A stretch of DNA of 64,000 nucleotides, taken from positions 61,816,001 through 61,880,000 of the forward strand of contig NW_024704743.1 in the NCBI RefSeq assembly GCF_018977255.1, written 5' to 3'. Shown piece after piece: positions 40,297 to 53,159 of this stretch. Numbering within the stretch: position 1 is the first letter of the stretch; every line of letters begins with the position of its first letter. The stretch is from Callorhinchus milii. Its lineage: Eukaryota. The notes under the pieces were generated by a model. The model was not told where the DNA came from and did not search any database. It saw nothing but the letters and a program-made list of their open reading frames with translations. Both the position numbers and the translations under genes were made by a program.

Positions 40297-40980
40297 ATGA
40301 CCTGCTGTGCCTTCCCCAACCTCCGCAACATCGCCTGGCTCCGCCACTGCCTCTTCCCTCAAGCCGCCAAAATCCTCATCCATGCAATTATTATATCTAG
40401 GCTCAACTACGCCAACTCCCTGCTTGTCGACCTTCCCAACTCTTCCCTCCACAAGCTGCAGATCACCCAGAACTCTGCAACTTGTGTCCTCTCCCACACC
40501 AGGCTCTGTGACCCTATCAACCACATCCTCGCCCAGCTCCACTGGCTCCACACCCCCCCCAGAGGAAAGTTCAAAATCCTCGTCCTCGCCTTCAAAGCCC
40601 TCCACAACCTTCCTTCTTCCTACATCTGTGACCTGCTAATGCCATATCAACCTGTCTGCTCCCTCCACTCAGTCAACTCTGGCCTGTTCTACATCCCCTG
40701 TATGGCCCACCCCACCATTGGCAGTCGGGCCTTCAGCCTCTTTGCCCCCATCCTTTGGAACTCCATCCCACAGTCCCTTCACCTTGCTTCCTCCCTTGCC
40801 TCCTTCAAGGCACGTCTCAAGATCCTCCTCTTCAACCGCGTCTTCGGCCACCTACCTACCCCTACCCTCCACCCCTCCTGATCCCAAACTCCTGCTCGGG
40901 TCCAAATCCCTGACTGTCCAGCGCCTTTGGATGTCCTCTTGATGTGAAAGGCGCTATACAAATTTAATTTGTTGTTGTTG
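40297..40980 (+). mobile_element. L2 LINE 3' fragment
   Basis: 194-aa ORF LRNIAWLR...SRLNYANSLL...LHWL...LWNSIPQSL; (TTG)n tail. Confidence 0.9.
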
Positions 40981-41951
40981 TATTTTCAAGTTATTAATAC
41001 AATAATAATATTCTCCAGGGTTAATAATCCCCTCTATCAGAATGCAAGAATTATTATTATAACACATCCTTATATACAAAATAATAATAATAATTACATT
41101 CGGCATAGCACCTTTCATGTCATCAGGACATCCCCTAAGCCCTTCACAGGATATACTGGAAAGTGAGTGACTGTGTGGGTGAACACAGCAGCCAATTTGC
41201 ACATGGCAATGTCCCGCAAACAGCCATGAAGTGAATGAGCAAATTTATTTGGGGCTTGTTGGCCAGGACAGGAAAAACTCCCTTCTCTTGTTGAATATTT
41301 CCATGGATCTTATTAAACATGCAGATGGGGCTTCAGCTTAATGCCTCATCCAAAGGAGAGCATCTCCAACAACACTCCTAACAAGGCATTGGAGTGCAAT
41401 CTCTTTATGAGACTTTGTGAGTTCCAAGTCCCAAAGTGGGGCTTGAACCCACAGCAACGACAACAACTTGCATTTATATAGCACCCTTCACGCAGGGTGT
41501 GGCATCCTAATAACCTTCTGCCTCAGAGGTTAGAATGGTGACCAACCGAGCCGTGTGATATGGAGGAATGCCATTACATTTCCCCATGCAGTCTTCTCAG
41601 TTTGTATCAGACGACCCGCTTGGATAAAAGGCTGATTTAACTTACCCTTCATTCAGTAACACTGGCTATTTGTGGGACATTGCTGAGCGAACATTAGCAC
41701 CTGAGTTCGCCTATGAAATACGACAGTGGGAGCACTTTACAGTAAATCTTGTGAAGCGTCTTGAGACTGTCCCTCCCGACCCGAAAGGCACTGTTTCACA
41801 TCATAAGGATTATTCTTATAACACAGGTTCAGATGCATTTTAACTTTAGAGCATACAAATGCTTCCTTACGCCCTATATATTATCATTGTTATTATTATT
41901 GTGTACACACAGTAGTTATGCAGAGAGAGCAATGCCCGAGCACAGAAGAGC

Positions 41952-41980
41952 TGTGTGTGTGTGTGTGTGTGTGTGTGTGT
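41952..41980. repeat. (TG)n microsatellite just inside intron 1 of copy A
   Basis: About 14 TG units. Confidence 0.95.
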
Positions 41981-41997
41981 CAGTGTCTGGTACTCAC

Positions 41998-42365
41998 AGT
42001 GGATTCCACCTCTCCGGCAATCGGCGGCGGAGGGAGATTTTGTCGCTGAGATAAGTATTAATTTGATGTTTGCTGATACTTTCCTCCTCCTTCACCCTCT
42101 CCTCGCCTCCCAGGTGCAGGTGCACGGCTCTGCCCAGCTCTCCCAGCGCCTTCACATCCAGGGGAGGCTTCTCATACACCGGCCTCTTGAGCAGCTCCTG
42201 CTCCCGACCCCCAGACTGCGGGCTGTCAGCCGCCCCCCGGCGCCCACTCTCCTCCTTCCCCTTCTGGCTCTCAGCCTTTCTGGGGAACAGCAGGAAGCCC
42301 AGAGCCGCCATCCCGCAAAGCAACAACAGTACAGTCTTGGCCCGGCGCCGCCTGCCCAGCGCCAT
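41998..42365 (-). CDS. galnt12: GALNT12 copy A exon 1 (cytoplasmic tail, transmembrane anchor, stem)
   Basis: ATG in good Kozak context (ATCATGG); MALGRRRRAK-TVLLLLCGMAALGFLLF type II anchor, then GELGRAV...INTYLSDKISLRRRLPERWNPL as in GALNT12; GTGAGT donor; 368 nt. Confidence 0.92.
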
Positions 42366-42660
42366 GATGCTGAGCTGAGAGCGAGTCACCCACACGGGAA
42401 CCTTCACTCAGTCCCTCGCCATCGCCATCGCCGCTCCGCTCCGGGACAGAAACAAAGTTTGTCGGCAGCCCCGGGCCCAGCCCCGGGCCGGGCACTGCTC
42501 CATGGCGCCGCCTCAGCCCCGCTTCCTGACGGCAGGAGGACAGGAAGGATGTGTTGGCTGAGGTGTCGGTTTGAGTGGCCCCTGAGCCCGGGAGCGGGAG
42601 CCAGGCTGGCGGTGTGAGCAGCAGCAGGAGGGACGGGTTGGCGATGGTGATGGGGAGGGC
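42000..42660 (-). promoter_or_regulatory. CpG-rich island / probable promoter and 5'UTR of copy A
   Basis: Sharp rise in GC and CpG over exon 1 and upstream; ETS-like CAGGAAGCGG on the minus strand near 42519-42528. Confidence 0.7.
42408..42503 (-). other. Putative upstream ORF, in frame with the GALNT12 A start
   Basis: GCCATGG start; MEQCPARGWARGCRQTLFLSRSGAAMAMARD-TGA; ends 42 nt before the main ATG; depends on the transcription start lying upstream. Confidence 0.45.
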
Positions 42661-43340
42661 GGGGGTTTGTCATGACGACGGGATGCGGAGTGTCATGGTG
42701 ACGGGACGGGGGTGTCATGGTGACGGGATGGGGGTGGGTGTCATGGTGACGGGTTGGGGGGTGGGTGTCATGGTGACAGGTTGGGGGGTGGGTGTCATGG
42801 TGACGGGTGGGGGTGGGTGTCATGGTGACGGGGGGGGGGGATGTCATGGTGACGGGATGGTGGGTGTCATGGTGACAGATGGGGGGTGGGTGTCATGGTG
42901 ACAGGATGCGGGGTGGGTGTCATGGTGACAGGTTGGGGGGGTGGGTGTCATGGTGACGGGTTGGGGGGTGGGTGTCATGGTGACGGGTTGGGGGGGTGGG
43001 TGTCATGGTGACGGGGGGTGGGTGTCATGGTGATGGGATGGTGGGTGTCATGGTGACAGATGGGGGTGGGTGTCATGGTGACGGGATGGGGGGTGGGTGT
43101 CATGGTGATAGGATGGTGGGTATCATGGTGACAGGATGGGGGGTGCGTGTCATGGCAACGGGATGGGGGTGGGTGTCATGGCGACGGGATGGGGGTGGGA
43201 GTCATGGCGACGGGATGGGGGTGGGTGTCATGGCAACGGGATGGGGGGGTGGGTGTCATGGGGATGGTATGGGGAAGGGTCATTCTAATGGGATGGCGGG
43301 GGCGGGAGGGGGGGTTATCATGATGGCATGGGGAAGTGGG
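42660..43340. repeat. G-rich minisatellite, about 24 units of 22-28 bp (GGGGTGGGTGTCATGGTGACGGGAT/TT)
   Basis: Directly visible tandem units with a near-invariant GTCATGGTGAC core. Confidence 0.95.
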
Positions 43341-43345
43341 TGTCG

Positions 43346-44335
43346 ACAACAACAACTTGGATTTATATAGCACTCTCCACGCCGGACGGCGTCTCAGAGT
43401 GCTTCACAGTAACGGATCCCGGGGCCGAGCCAGGGGGAGGGAGAGGAAGGTGACCAAAGGCGCGGTCGAAGAGAAAGGTCTTCAGCCGAGACCTGAAAAT
43501 AGGAAGAGAGGGGACGAGGCGAAGGGGGTGAGGAAGGGAGTTCCAGAGCCTCGGGGCTGAGTGGCTGAAGGCACGGCCGCCAATGGTGGAGCGGAGGATT
43601 CGGGGGACAAGGAGGAGGCCAGACCTGATGGAGTGAAGGTGACGGGCACTGTTGTGAGGAGAGAGGAGGTCAGAGAGGTAGGGAGGGGCAGAGGAGTGGA
43701 GGGATTTGAAGACAAGAGTGAGGATCTTGAAGTCGATCCTCTCTGGGTCAGGCAGCCAGTGCAGTCTGGCAAGGACTGGGGTAATCGGGGAGTGGAGTTT
43801 GGTGCGGGTACGAATGCGGGCGGCAGAGTTTTGTATGACCTGGATTTTATGAATGGTAGTGGAGGGGAGACCGGTGAGGAGGGCGTTTGAACAGTCCAGC
43901 CGAGAGGTGACAAAGGCATGGACCAGGGTTTCGGCGTTTTTGGGGGTGAGGTATTGACGGAGACGGGCGATGCGTCAGAGGTGGAAGAAAGTGGTGCTGG
44001 TGAGGAACCGGATGTGGGGGAGGAAGGATAATTGGGGGTTGAACATGACGCCTGGGTTGCGTACGGTTTCGGAGAGTTTTAGTGGGAGGTCAGGTAGGTG
44101 GAGATGAGAACCATGCGATTTAAGACATTGATGAGAGCGAAAGAGTATGGCTTCCGTCTTGCCAACATTTAGCTAAAGGAAATTCACGCTCATCCTGCTC
44201 CTGATGTCTGACAGGCAGGCTGACAGAACATCAGGGGACCAGGGATCGCAAAGTGAGGTGGAAAAATCTCTGTACTGTGGGTAGGACAGAAACCGGACTG
44301 GAGGGGTTCGAAGAGGGAGTTGGAGAGGTGTGCGT
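43346..44335 (-). mobile_element. L2 LINE fragment upstream of copy A
   Basis: Close reverse-complement similarity to 3706-4314; (CAA)n tail next to the minisatellite. Confidence 0.88.
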
Positions 44336-45460
44336 AACAACGCGTTCTTGGACTTTGGCGAGGAAGGGCAAGTTTGAATATACTGTTTAGTATGATTGTG
44401 TGTATATCATAGGGAACACGGCAACATACAGGCAACCTTGGTTTAACATCTCACCTGAAGGACGGCATCTTCAACATTGCAGCATATCCCCAGCACTGCA
44501 TTGAAGTGTTAGCATAAACTGCTGTTTATAAGTTACAAATCACCACATTGGGGCTTGATCTCCAACCTTGACTCAGAGGTGAGAGTGATACCAACTGAGC
44601 CATACTGACACCGTGTGGGTGCTTGAGAGGTATGTGAATGGTGTGTGAGAGAACCTCAATTGTGACAGGTGTTTTGGTAATTTACTCAGTCCTGATGAAA
44701 GTGGTGATTTAATTTTCTATGCAAAATATATTGTCCTTGGTTTGTTTAAGACAGTGGTTGATAGGCGATGCACTGTTCATTTCCCTTATGTAATTCTGCC
44801 CTCCAGATTTATCAGTAAGTAATCAAACATATTCAAAGTAGAATTAGGACACTGCAAGTGGGGGATTTCATTAAGTTTGCTTCATATCAGATTTTATTTT
44901 TCTCTCAATTGCTGCTTTTTAAAGGGCACAGGGACTGGGAAGCTGCAGCTTTACTGTTCTTCTCGCAACAAGCTCCACCACTGATAAGCACTCCTAGACT
45001 CTACCCTACATGAAGGGACTCAGAATAAATGCAAATTGTTGTTGTTGATTCCCAGGTAGTATTTACATTGTATAATTATTTGGAAAGCATGCTTTAAATT
45101 GAATAAATCCCAATTGAAAAGAGGTGGACACCAGCACAATTGCTAAACTGAATAAAATGTTAATGTCGAGAGCAACAACCTGAAGGAAGGCCAACTCCAA
45201 CCAGACAACCAAAGAAAATAAACACAGGGCACAGGGTCAGTGTTTGTGAAAGTGTTGATATGATTTGTGACCATGCCAGAGCGCAATAATAGAGTGCAAT
45301 TACTTTGACCGTTGTCGTGATAAAATATTAGTACACAACACCAAACTTTCTTCCTTCTAGGATGAATGGAAATCAGCACTAGGTACAAACATGTTCCACA
45401 GGCTTTAGCAATTGGTACAGCTCACATGATGCATTACACTATCCAAGAACATAAGGATAC

Positions 45461-45920
45461 CACAACAAAAAAATTACATTTGTATAACGCCTTTCACGTT
45501 GGGAGGACGTCCCAAGGCGCTAGACAGTCAGAGTTTCGGACCCAAGCTGGGGGACGTGATCAAGGAGGGTGGAGGGGAAGCAGGGTAATCAAAAGCACAG
45601 TCGAAGAGGAGGATCATGAGATGGGTCTTGAAGGAGGCAAGGGAGGGGACGAGGTGGAGGGACTATGAGATGGAGTTCCAGAGGGTGGGGGCAGAGTGGC
45701 AGAAGCTCCGCCCTTCTTATTATACATGGACATAGCAACAAAAACTTGTATTGATGTAGCGCCCTACAAACAGGGGAGTTTCCTGGAGGGCTTGACAGTG
45801 GCAAAGTCGGACCCCGAGGGGAGAGGGAGTGGGGAGGTGACCCTAAGCACGATCAGAAAGGAAGGTCTTTAGGCGAGATTTGAAAGTGGGGAGTTAGGGG
45901 GCAAGGCGGAGGGATTGAGG
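45461..45920 (-). mobile_element. Two short L2 3' fragments
   Basis: Reverse-complement L2 tails (AACGCCTTTCACGTTGGGAGGACGTCCCAAGGCGC). Confidence 0.75.
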
Positions 45921-46033
45921 GGTATTTTTTTTATTCCATTTATACTGGAACATATATGACAACCAAGCACCAAACAATGTAGGCACAGCACGCCACTGCA
46001 TAAAAAGAACCTTACAGCAATTTGTAAAATAGA

Positions 46034-46039
46034 TTTATT
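46034..46039 (-). terminator. Probable polyadenylation signal (AATAAA) of copy B
   Basis: TTTATTGGAACAT, paralogous to 12008-12020. Confidence 0.6.
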
Positions 46040-48402
46040 GGAACATTGTTTAAATTGAAGAAAAATTTTGAAATCTCATTTGACAAATTCCTTTTACAAA
46101 ATCTGTTGCAAAATCTGTTCTAAACCTATCCTGTAGACATTACCACCTGAAATATTTTGCAATTTTTAAACTGCCAGACCCAAACTTTGCTGTGCATTGA
46201 CAGCAAGTGTGGCTGTTAACTGCAGAGACATTCAATTTACCAGTTTAAATAAAGTTTTCCTCAATATGAATAAGTAAAAAGTTTCCCTCAGAATATCAAA
46301 CTATGGAAGCCCAAGATATAAAATATTTTTTTCAAATCCATAAAGCCCTTTAGCCATTCTAGAAAAGTTATTTGCAGTCTTGATAAATTAATATTTATCA
46401 AAAANCATATCTAATCTTCTATTACATTCCCAGTTTTCAGAATACAGTCACTTCTGTGGCAGTCGTTTTATACACATATTGCATCATTTGTAGTTTTTGA
46501 TGTAAATATTTGGCTAATTTTATTTCACTTTAAAAAATAAATTGTGTGACAAAAATAGAAAATTTTCAGTCACAAAACTTCACACTTAATGACAATGTAC
46601 GTGCAATTCTCATAAAATCATTCGATTTGGTTTTTGATGAGTGCAAAAATAGAGCTCCTTCAAGTTTTCAAATTCCGTACAATAAAAACAATTTCTTTCA
46701 CTATAGTTAAAATGAGCCATTGCAAAAGTTTAAAAATCAGATGGATTGTCACCAAATTCTCTCTAAATGTTTATGAATCAACTTTTAAATAGCCTTCAAC
46801 CGAATGGTCAATACCTTCAATTCCTGTCAAAATGAAGTGCATTTATTATTCCACTACTGGACCATTAAAATGAAGTGCATTTATCATGTTGCAACTGGGC
46901 CGAGAAGATACCACTAATTTTCTGTTGCCAATCTTGAACCAAAGACTAATTTGGACAGTATAATTTGAACTATGTCTAGGTTGACAAGATTTTGCTCTGA
47001 TTTTCTTATTTCACCACTTTATTACTCACATGGTTTAGGACCACTAGTTTGAAAATATGCTGGAAGTTGTTATATTGGGCCTACAAACTCAAATGAATGG
47101 TTTAGAATTTTAAATCGAAAGGCATCTAGTGTTTGAAGAATACTTCCTTCACATATTGTACCAAATGCATAATTAACTCCTAAAGTTTAGCCTGTCCTTA
47201 ATATCAGCTACCCAATTGCATTTTTGGGGGATTACTGTCTCTCTTTTTAAGACCAAGATACATTTCAATCCTGTCTCTTTATTGCTCAGAAAGGCTTCCT
47301 TTCACAGTGTAAATATAATTACGGTATTTAGAAAATAAACTAACAACTTATAAAATTAACAAGTCACTTGCTGCCTTCAGTTTAAGCTGGGCACTCGTCA
47401 GCGTCAATTCAGATTGATACAAGGCAGTACAAGATTTTTAAAATGTGAAAAATGTCAGCATTGACGAGGAATATATAAGATTTGTAAATTAAAAGAAAAA
47501 AATCAGTAGAACAGCAAGATATCTATCAAACTATCACTTAATACATTACTCTTCCCCAACCATGACAAACACTAACAAATGTTCCCTATTCCCATTTTAA
47601 ATCAAATTGACAGTGGCAGCTTTGCCCTTATTGTAGCTCCCACAGAACAGGACACAAATCATGGTGTCACAAGAAACTATGCTGGTTTAGCATCAATATT
47701 AACATTCTAACTAGGCACACTTTAAACACAGTGCAAGTACTTCATTACGTACATTCGTGCCTCCAGTTATAACACAGAACTGATTTGATGTGTCTGCAGT
47801 AGAATAATTTGGATCTGGTGCACCAGTTAAACTCAAGGATCCAAAACTGATGAGACTGCACATTTGCCGATTTGCACAACTTCTAATCTATACCAAATTC
47901 AGGTTTAATGCTATTGAAGATGATTCTCTTAATGATTCACCTATACAAATTTATAAATAATTAGAGCTTAAAAGGTGGCCTTAGATCAGTCTGCAGTCAA
48001 AACTGGAATTATGCTAATCATGTGTTGCAGTTTCATTCTGAAACAATTCTTGGATACAGTTTTGTAAATCACAACCAAGACAATGTTAAACTGATTCTAT
48101 TATAATTTAGTATCAATGTCCAGGATAACATCAATAGGAAAAATTTGGTCAGCTTACCTACCTGTTGTGAATGTTGATCATTTAATACATATTAAAATAG
48201 AATTTCTTCATAAATTCAAGGTATTATTAAAAATAAACCTTTCTATTGATGAAATGGGGAAAAAGATAGAGCTACTACTATATTTGGAAAGATATAAAAT
48301 CATTTTCATTTAAATCATGGCAAAACCCCGTAGCATGTTTTGGTAAGGGTAGCTGGGAGAATCAATGGAATTTATTGTTCATTGATTTGATATATATGCA
48401 AA

Positions 48403-48543
48403 TCATTGTTTTTCTTGAAAGAACCATTTCTGATCATTAATATCTGTACAAGGCCGCAGTACTGGTGCTGAATGACCACTGATTATTCCATGGGGTACAG
48501 CTTGCACACATTTCTGTGACTGGACGTGGTATATTGAGCCATC
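48403..48543 (-). CDS. galnt12: GALNT12 copy B exon 10 (stop)
   Basis: DGSIYHVQSQKCVQAVPHGIISGHSAPVLRPCTDINDQKWFFQEKQ-TGA; 141 nt. Confidence 0.93.
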   Translation of the reverse strand, partial: DGSIYHVQSQKCVQAVPHGIISGHSAPVLRPCTDINDQKWFFQEKQ

Positions 48544-49097
48544 CTGAGAAGAACACAAATGAAGCACAAAAAGAATGTTGAAATTTAATATATTTGGAGA
48601 CATGCTACATACAAATCATCTATAAAAAATTGCAATTCTAGCAGGAGCAGTAAGTTTAATATATTACTCACAATATTGTTACCACCATAATCTAGCAACC
48701 TGTTTAGAATGGTACCTAAATCGGTGTAATACTGCAGTTGCCCTCTCCTTTCATGTAAATTAACAACAGCAGAATAGAAGCCTGAAAAGAATAGCTTGCT
48801 GCTTAAGCCAAATGCCACTAGAATTCTTATTTTGGGGTCCCATAGATGTGATATATTTGTAAAATAGACTAACTATGAATTACAAATTCCTGGAAATTGC
48901 AAGGGAGAAAAAAGGAAAGAGAAATGTTGAACTCTGCTTCTGTTTTGGTCACACTTTGGTACTGTGATCATGTGCAATTGGATCAGAATGATGGAACATT
49001 TGACCTCAATAAACCAAACAGAAAGGTAGCTGGGAACTTGCTCCAGTTCCTGCATATTAAAGGAAAATGTAATATTAATTTCTTGGATGAGTCTTAC

Positions 49098-49253
49098 CTC
49101 TTTAAAAATGAATTTCTGATTCTCAGGCACAGGCTGATTATCCTTTCGGCAGAGGTACATTGTTAGGAAATCGGTGCCGACATCCACTGCAGCACAGGCC
49201 TCAGGCTGGCGAGTATTATAACGGATTTCATTTTGTGAAGAGAATTCAAAGAA
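49098..49253 (-). CDS. galnt12: GALNT12 copy B exon 9
   Basis: Nucleotide-identical to copy A exon 9; 156 nt. Confidence 0.94.
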
Positions 49254-49539
49254 CTGTAATATGTAAGAAAAAGGTGTGCAGTGTTCATTACAGCAAATTT
49301 ATAAGAATACTGGCTTTGTGGTAATTAGAAGATCTGCAATGATGACCCCCCAATATTCAACACAGAGAGTAGCTAGTGGAGCAGGGCAAATGCGGACTCT
49401 TTATTTCCCTAGTCACTATTTCGCTAAGATTTTAACGTCCACATTTTCAAAAAGACCTCAACTCCAGGTCAGGAATACTGATGTGATATAGAGTAGCACA
49501 TTGGTTATACTAACACAATGGAGATCCTGGTTTATCAAA

Positions 49540-50356
49540 ACTGGGATGTTGGCCTTTATCTTAAGGGAGCTGGATATAAAGGAGAGGAAATGATGCTTCA
49601 TCTGTATAGAGCTTTGGTCAGACCCCATCTGGCATAGCTCATTCAGTTTTGCGCACTGTACCTCAGGAAGGATATATATGCTCTGGAGGGGTTGCAGCAC
49701 AGATTCTCCAGAATGATACTAGGGCTTAAAGGGTTAAATTATGAGGACAGGTTGCATAAACTTGGTCTGTATTCCCTTGAGTTTAGAAGGTTGAGGGGTG
49801 ATATGATTGAGGTTTTTAAAATAATAAAGGGATTCGATAGGATAGATACAGAGAAACTATTTCCTCTGGGGTGGAATCCAGAACAAGGGGGCATAACCTT
49901 AAAATTGGAGCTAAGCCATTTAGGAGTGAAATCCTAATGTGAAATCCTAACGTGGAAACAACTCACATCTCTGTAAAGCTGGTTTTGAAATGTTATGCAT
50001 TTTGTATCCCTACTTTTTGATTTCTACGCTGCAACTACCTCTTCATTCATACCACTAGGCAAAGTGACCATTTGTAATCTTATTGATCCTAATGAAAACA
50101 AACATGGAAAAGTAAATAATAAGAAGGCAGTTTTTTGCCCAAAGTATAGTGGAAATCTGGAACTTTCTCCCCCAACGGTTTGTCGATGCTGGATCCATTC
50201 AAATTTTCAAGACTTAGGTGGATAGATATTTGTTAGGTCTGGGTATCAAGGGATGGGGCAAGGGTGGGTAACTGGAGTTGAGGTATAGATCAGCCATGAT
50301 CTTAAAGAATCATGGAACAGGCTCGAGAGGCTGAATGGCCTATTCCTGTTCCTATG
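49540..50356 (+). mobile_element. CR1 LINE 3' fragment interrupted by a 168-bp insertion
   Basis: QHRFSRMILGLKGLNYEDRLHKLGLYSLEFRRLRGDMIEVFKIIKG; near-identical to 33385-33594; CR1 3'UTR ending GAATGGCCTATTCCTGTTCCTATGTT. Confidence 0.9.
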
Positions 50357-51934
50357 TTTCAAACAGATCTCCAAAATGATGGTAAGGTGAGGCTTTCTCC
50401 ACATATCAACAGCAATACTAGAGGATTCCTGGGAAGATACATCCCCTTCCAAATACACTAGACTAATTTAATATGCATTTAGATGTTTATTGGGTGGCAG
50501 AATACAATTTACTTTCCTGATTTCCAAAAAACATACCAACTGAAAGGAACCAAGACAAACAAAAACCATGCAAGGAGTAACACTAGGAAACCAATAATAC
50601 AGTTTGGATCACAGGATTAGATTCATCAAGAAACTGAACTAATAATAATCCTATAATAATGATTGCATTTGATATAGTGCCTTACACATCGTTGAGACAT
50701 CTCAAAGCGCTTCATAGGATATACTGTAAAGTGAAGTGACTATATTTTGTAGGTAAAATATATACACAGGAGAAATTTATCAGCTTTTAATAACAAACTA
50801 GCTTCTAATGCAATAGCATGTTGGACTGTGCTCAATTTTAAAAAATGCTATTCCCTCCCATCAACTAAGGAATTGAGGTTTTAACAGAAGTCTATATAAA
50901 AAAAACACAGTAAATGGAAACAACTCACATCTCTGTAAACCCGGTTTTGAAATGTTATGCATTTTTATCGCTACTTTTTGATTTCTGCCCCACAACTACC
51001 TCTTCATTCATATCACTAGGCAAAGTAACCATTTGTATTCTTACTTATCCTGATGCAAACACACATGGAAAGGTAAATAATTGCTGGAGAACTGCAGCTA
51101 AAGGATTTGGAAAAAGCCTAGAGATTTCTTTCAAAAAACATAAGATCACAACTGCTTGTATGGTGATGATCATTTGAGAAAAATGAAAACAAAGCCTTAG
51201 GCATCATATAATTATACAGTCAAGAGTTTCAACAGATTTTTCTTCTTAAAAAAACACTCACTATGGCAGATCATATTTTAGGCTATTTGGTGTTTATGTA
51301 AAATATAGAATATTTTAAAGAATTTGATATGTAAAATATTTATTTCAACTGCTGCCACAATTGTAAGCAAAGGAGTTAAGTGGGCTTCACTTCATCGTGT
51401 TTTTTGATTATAATAATAATCCTTGAATTTGATAATAGTGTCTTATCATGTCTTCGGGACATCTCAAAACTCTTCATAGAATATACTTTAAGTGAATGGA
51501 CTGTATATTTTGTGCGAGAACCACAGTAGCCAATTGCACATAGTCGTGTCCCACAAACAGTTGTGGATTGAGTGACCAAATTATTATTATTTTATTTAAA
51601 TATAGATCATCCCTCTTTAATATCAATATCCTGTTAAAAAAAGGATCTATTCACTGGATAAGGTGACAGCAACAGCAGAATTTAAAAAAAAGCATTATTC
51701 ATGATTTTTTACTGCTGTGTGCTGAGAACTTTACAAAGGAGAACGTAGAACTGAAAAAGGGCTTGATATTCAGAGTAACTGTCTACCATTACTGCTAACA
51801 GTAACAGGAAACACCTACTTGGCTGTTACATTGATTCAGGATCTACCTTAAAAAAATATCTGATAGGTTGTTTCCAATTGAAAGCAAGAGTTTCAAATCA
51901 GTATTTTAATAAATTAGCAAAATAAGTTCCTCAC

Positions 51935-52048
51935 CTGATTTTGCCCCATACCATGACATTGGTACAAGATGACTTTTTCTCCTGCAACATTGTGTTCATT
52001 TGGTGGATTGTAATCAAAGCAGTGGTTTGTCATCCCCTTATTTTTTAG
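51935..52048 (-). CDS. galnt12: GALNT12 copy B exon 8 (lectin alpha repeat)
   Basis: LKNKGMTNHCFDYNPPNEHNVAGEKVILYQCHGMGQNQ; 114 nt; AG/GTGAG. Confidence 0.94.
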
Positions 52049-52606
52049 CTGAAAAACCAAACAGATTGACAGGCATTAAGTTAAAATTATGCATCCCCAT
52101 TTAGGAATAAGCCTTGCTTTAATCTGACTTCTAAAAAACTGAAGAGTGTTTTTACAGTTTGTTAATTTTCTGGTTTTGTACTTGTGAAGTTTGTGTCACA
52201 TCAATTAATAACTATGTGCATCTATCCAGGCCCTTCACATAGGCTAACATCTCAGAGCACTGTACAGTGGCAGCGTGTGAGTTACATATCAAACTTCTAG
52301 AAACAGTTCCAAATCACTGAAGCTACAATCAACACAAATAAATTGAACTTGATACCTAACAAAAACTGAATAGAGAAAAGAACATCCAGCGAACTGATAC
52401 AAAAATAAATACCAGAGTTGATTCAATTCCTCAAAATAGCTTTCAGCTATTTACACAGAACCACAAATTACTGGATTCAGTATAAAACTAGGACCCAGAA
52501 CCCTCCAAAACACAAGAACAGCTACTTAAGAATCAGTGAGGTTGAGAATATATCCCTAGAAAAAAAGAATGTGTTGTCCCAAAGCTGTTGATACTGAGCT
52601 TTATGA

Positions 52607-52613
<7 letters not shown>

Positions 52614-52640
<27 letters not shown>
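52614..52640. repeat. (TA)n microsatellite
   Basis: About 13 TA units. Confidence 0.9.
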
Positions 52641-52645
<5 letters not shown>

Positions 52646-53159
52646 CAGATAAATATCTACTTGGAAACAGCAATGAAAGTTATAGGTTTAGATGCAGACT
52701 CAAATTAATACATACTCTATAGGACCCAATGGGTTTTGTGCTTTTGGGAGTGGCAAATCACTAGATAACAAGCTTGGTTTGAATGAGAAGCCCTTCAGCC
52801 CATCTGACCTCATCCTTTCAGAACACTCAACCTCCCATCACAACATCAGGCTGCGTCTTAAATGAGTCCAATGTTCCAGCCTCAATCATCTTTCCAGACA
52901 GCATGTTATTCACCTTGGTGAATAAATATTGTTCAATTTGTATTTGATTGCTTAGAAACCGTAGAGTATCCTTGTTAGTCCTTATTACTTCAATCCATGA
53001 CTGTTTGTGGGACACTGCTCTGCTATTTGGCTGCCGCGTTTTGCCTACAAAATATCGTCAATTTACTTTACAGTATATTCTGTGAAGTGCTTTGAGACGT
53101 ACCAAAGACGTGATAAGGCACTTTATCAAATACAAGGATTATTATTACGTCTAAGCACT

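Noticed and set aside
41955..42617. 220-aa plus-strand ORF
   Set aside because: Antisense shadow of the GC-rich exon 1, starting in a (TG)n repeat; no recognisable protein
42404..43373. His/Pro/Thr- and Gly/Val-rich ORFs that look mucin-like
   Set aside because: Translations of a minisatellite with variable unit length; no stable frame
10628..45920. Same-orientation L2 copies flanking copy A as the cause of the duplication by unequal crossover
   Set aside because: These L2s appear better preserved than the heavily decayed paralogous introns, so they probably post-date the duplication; the breakpoint cannot be located
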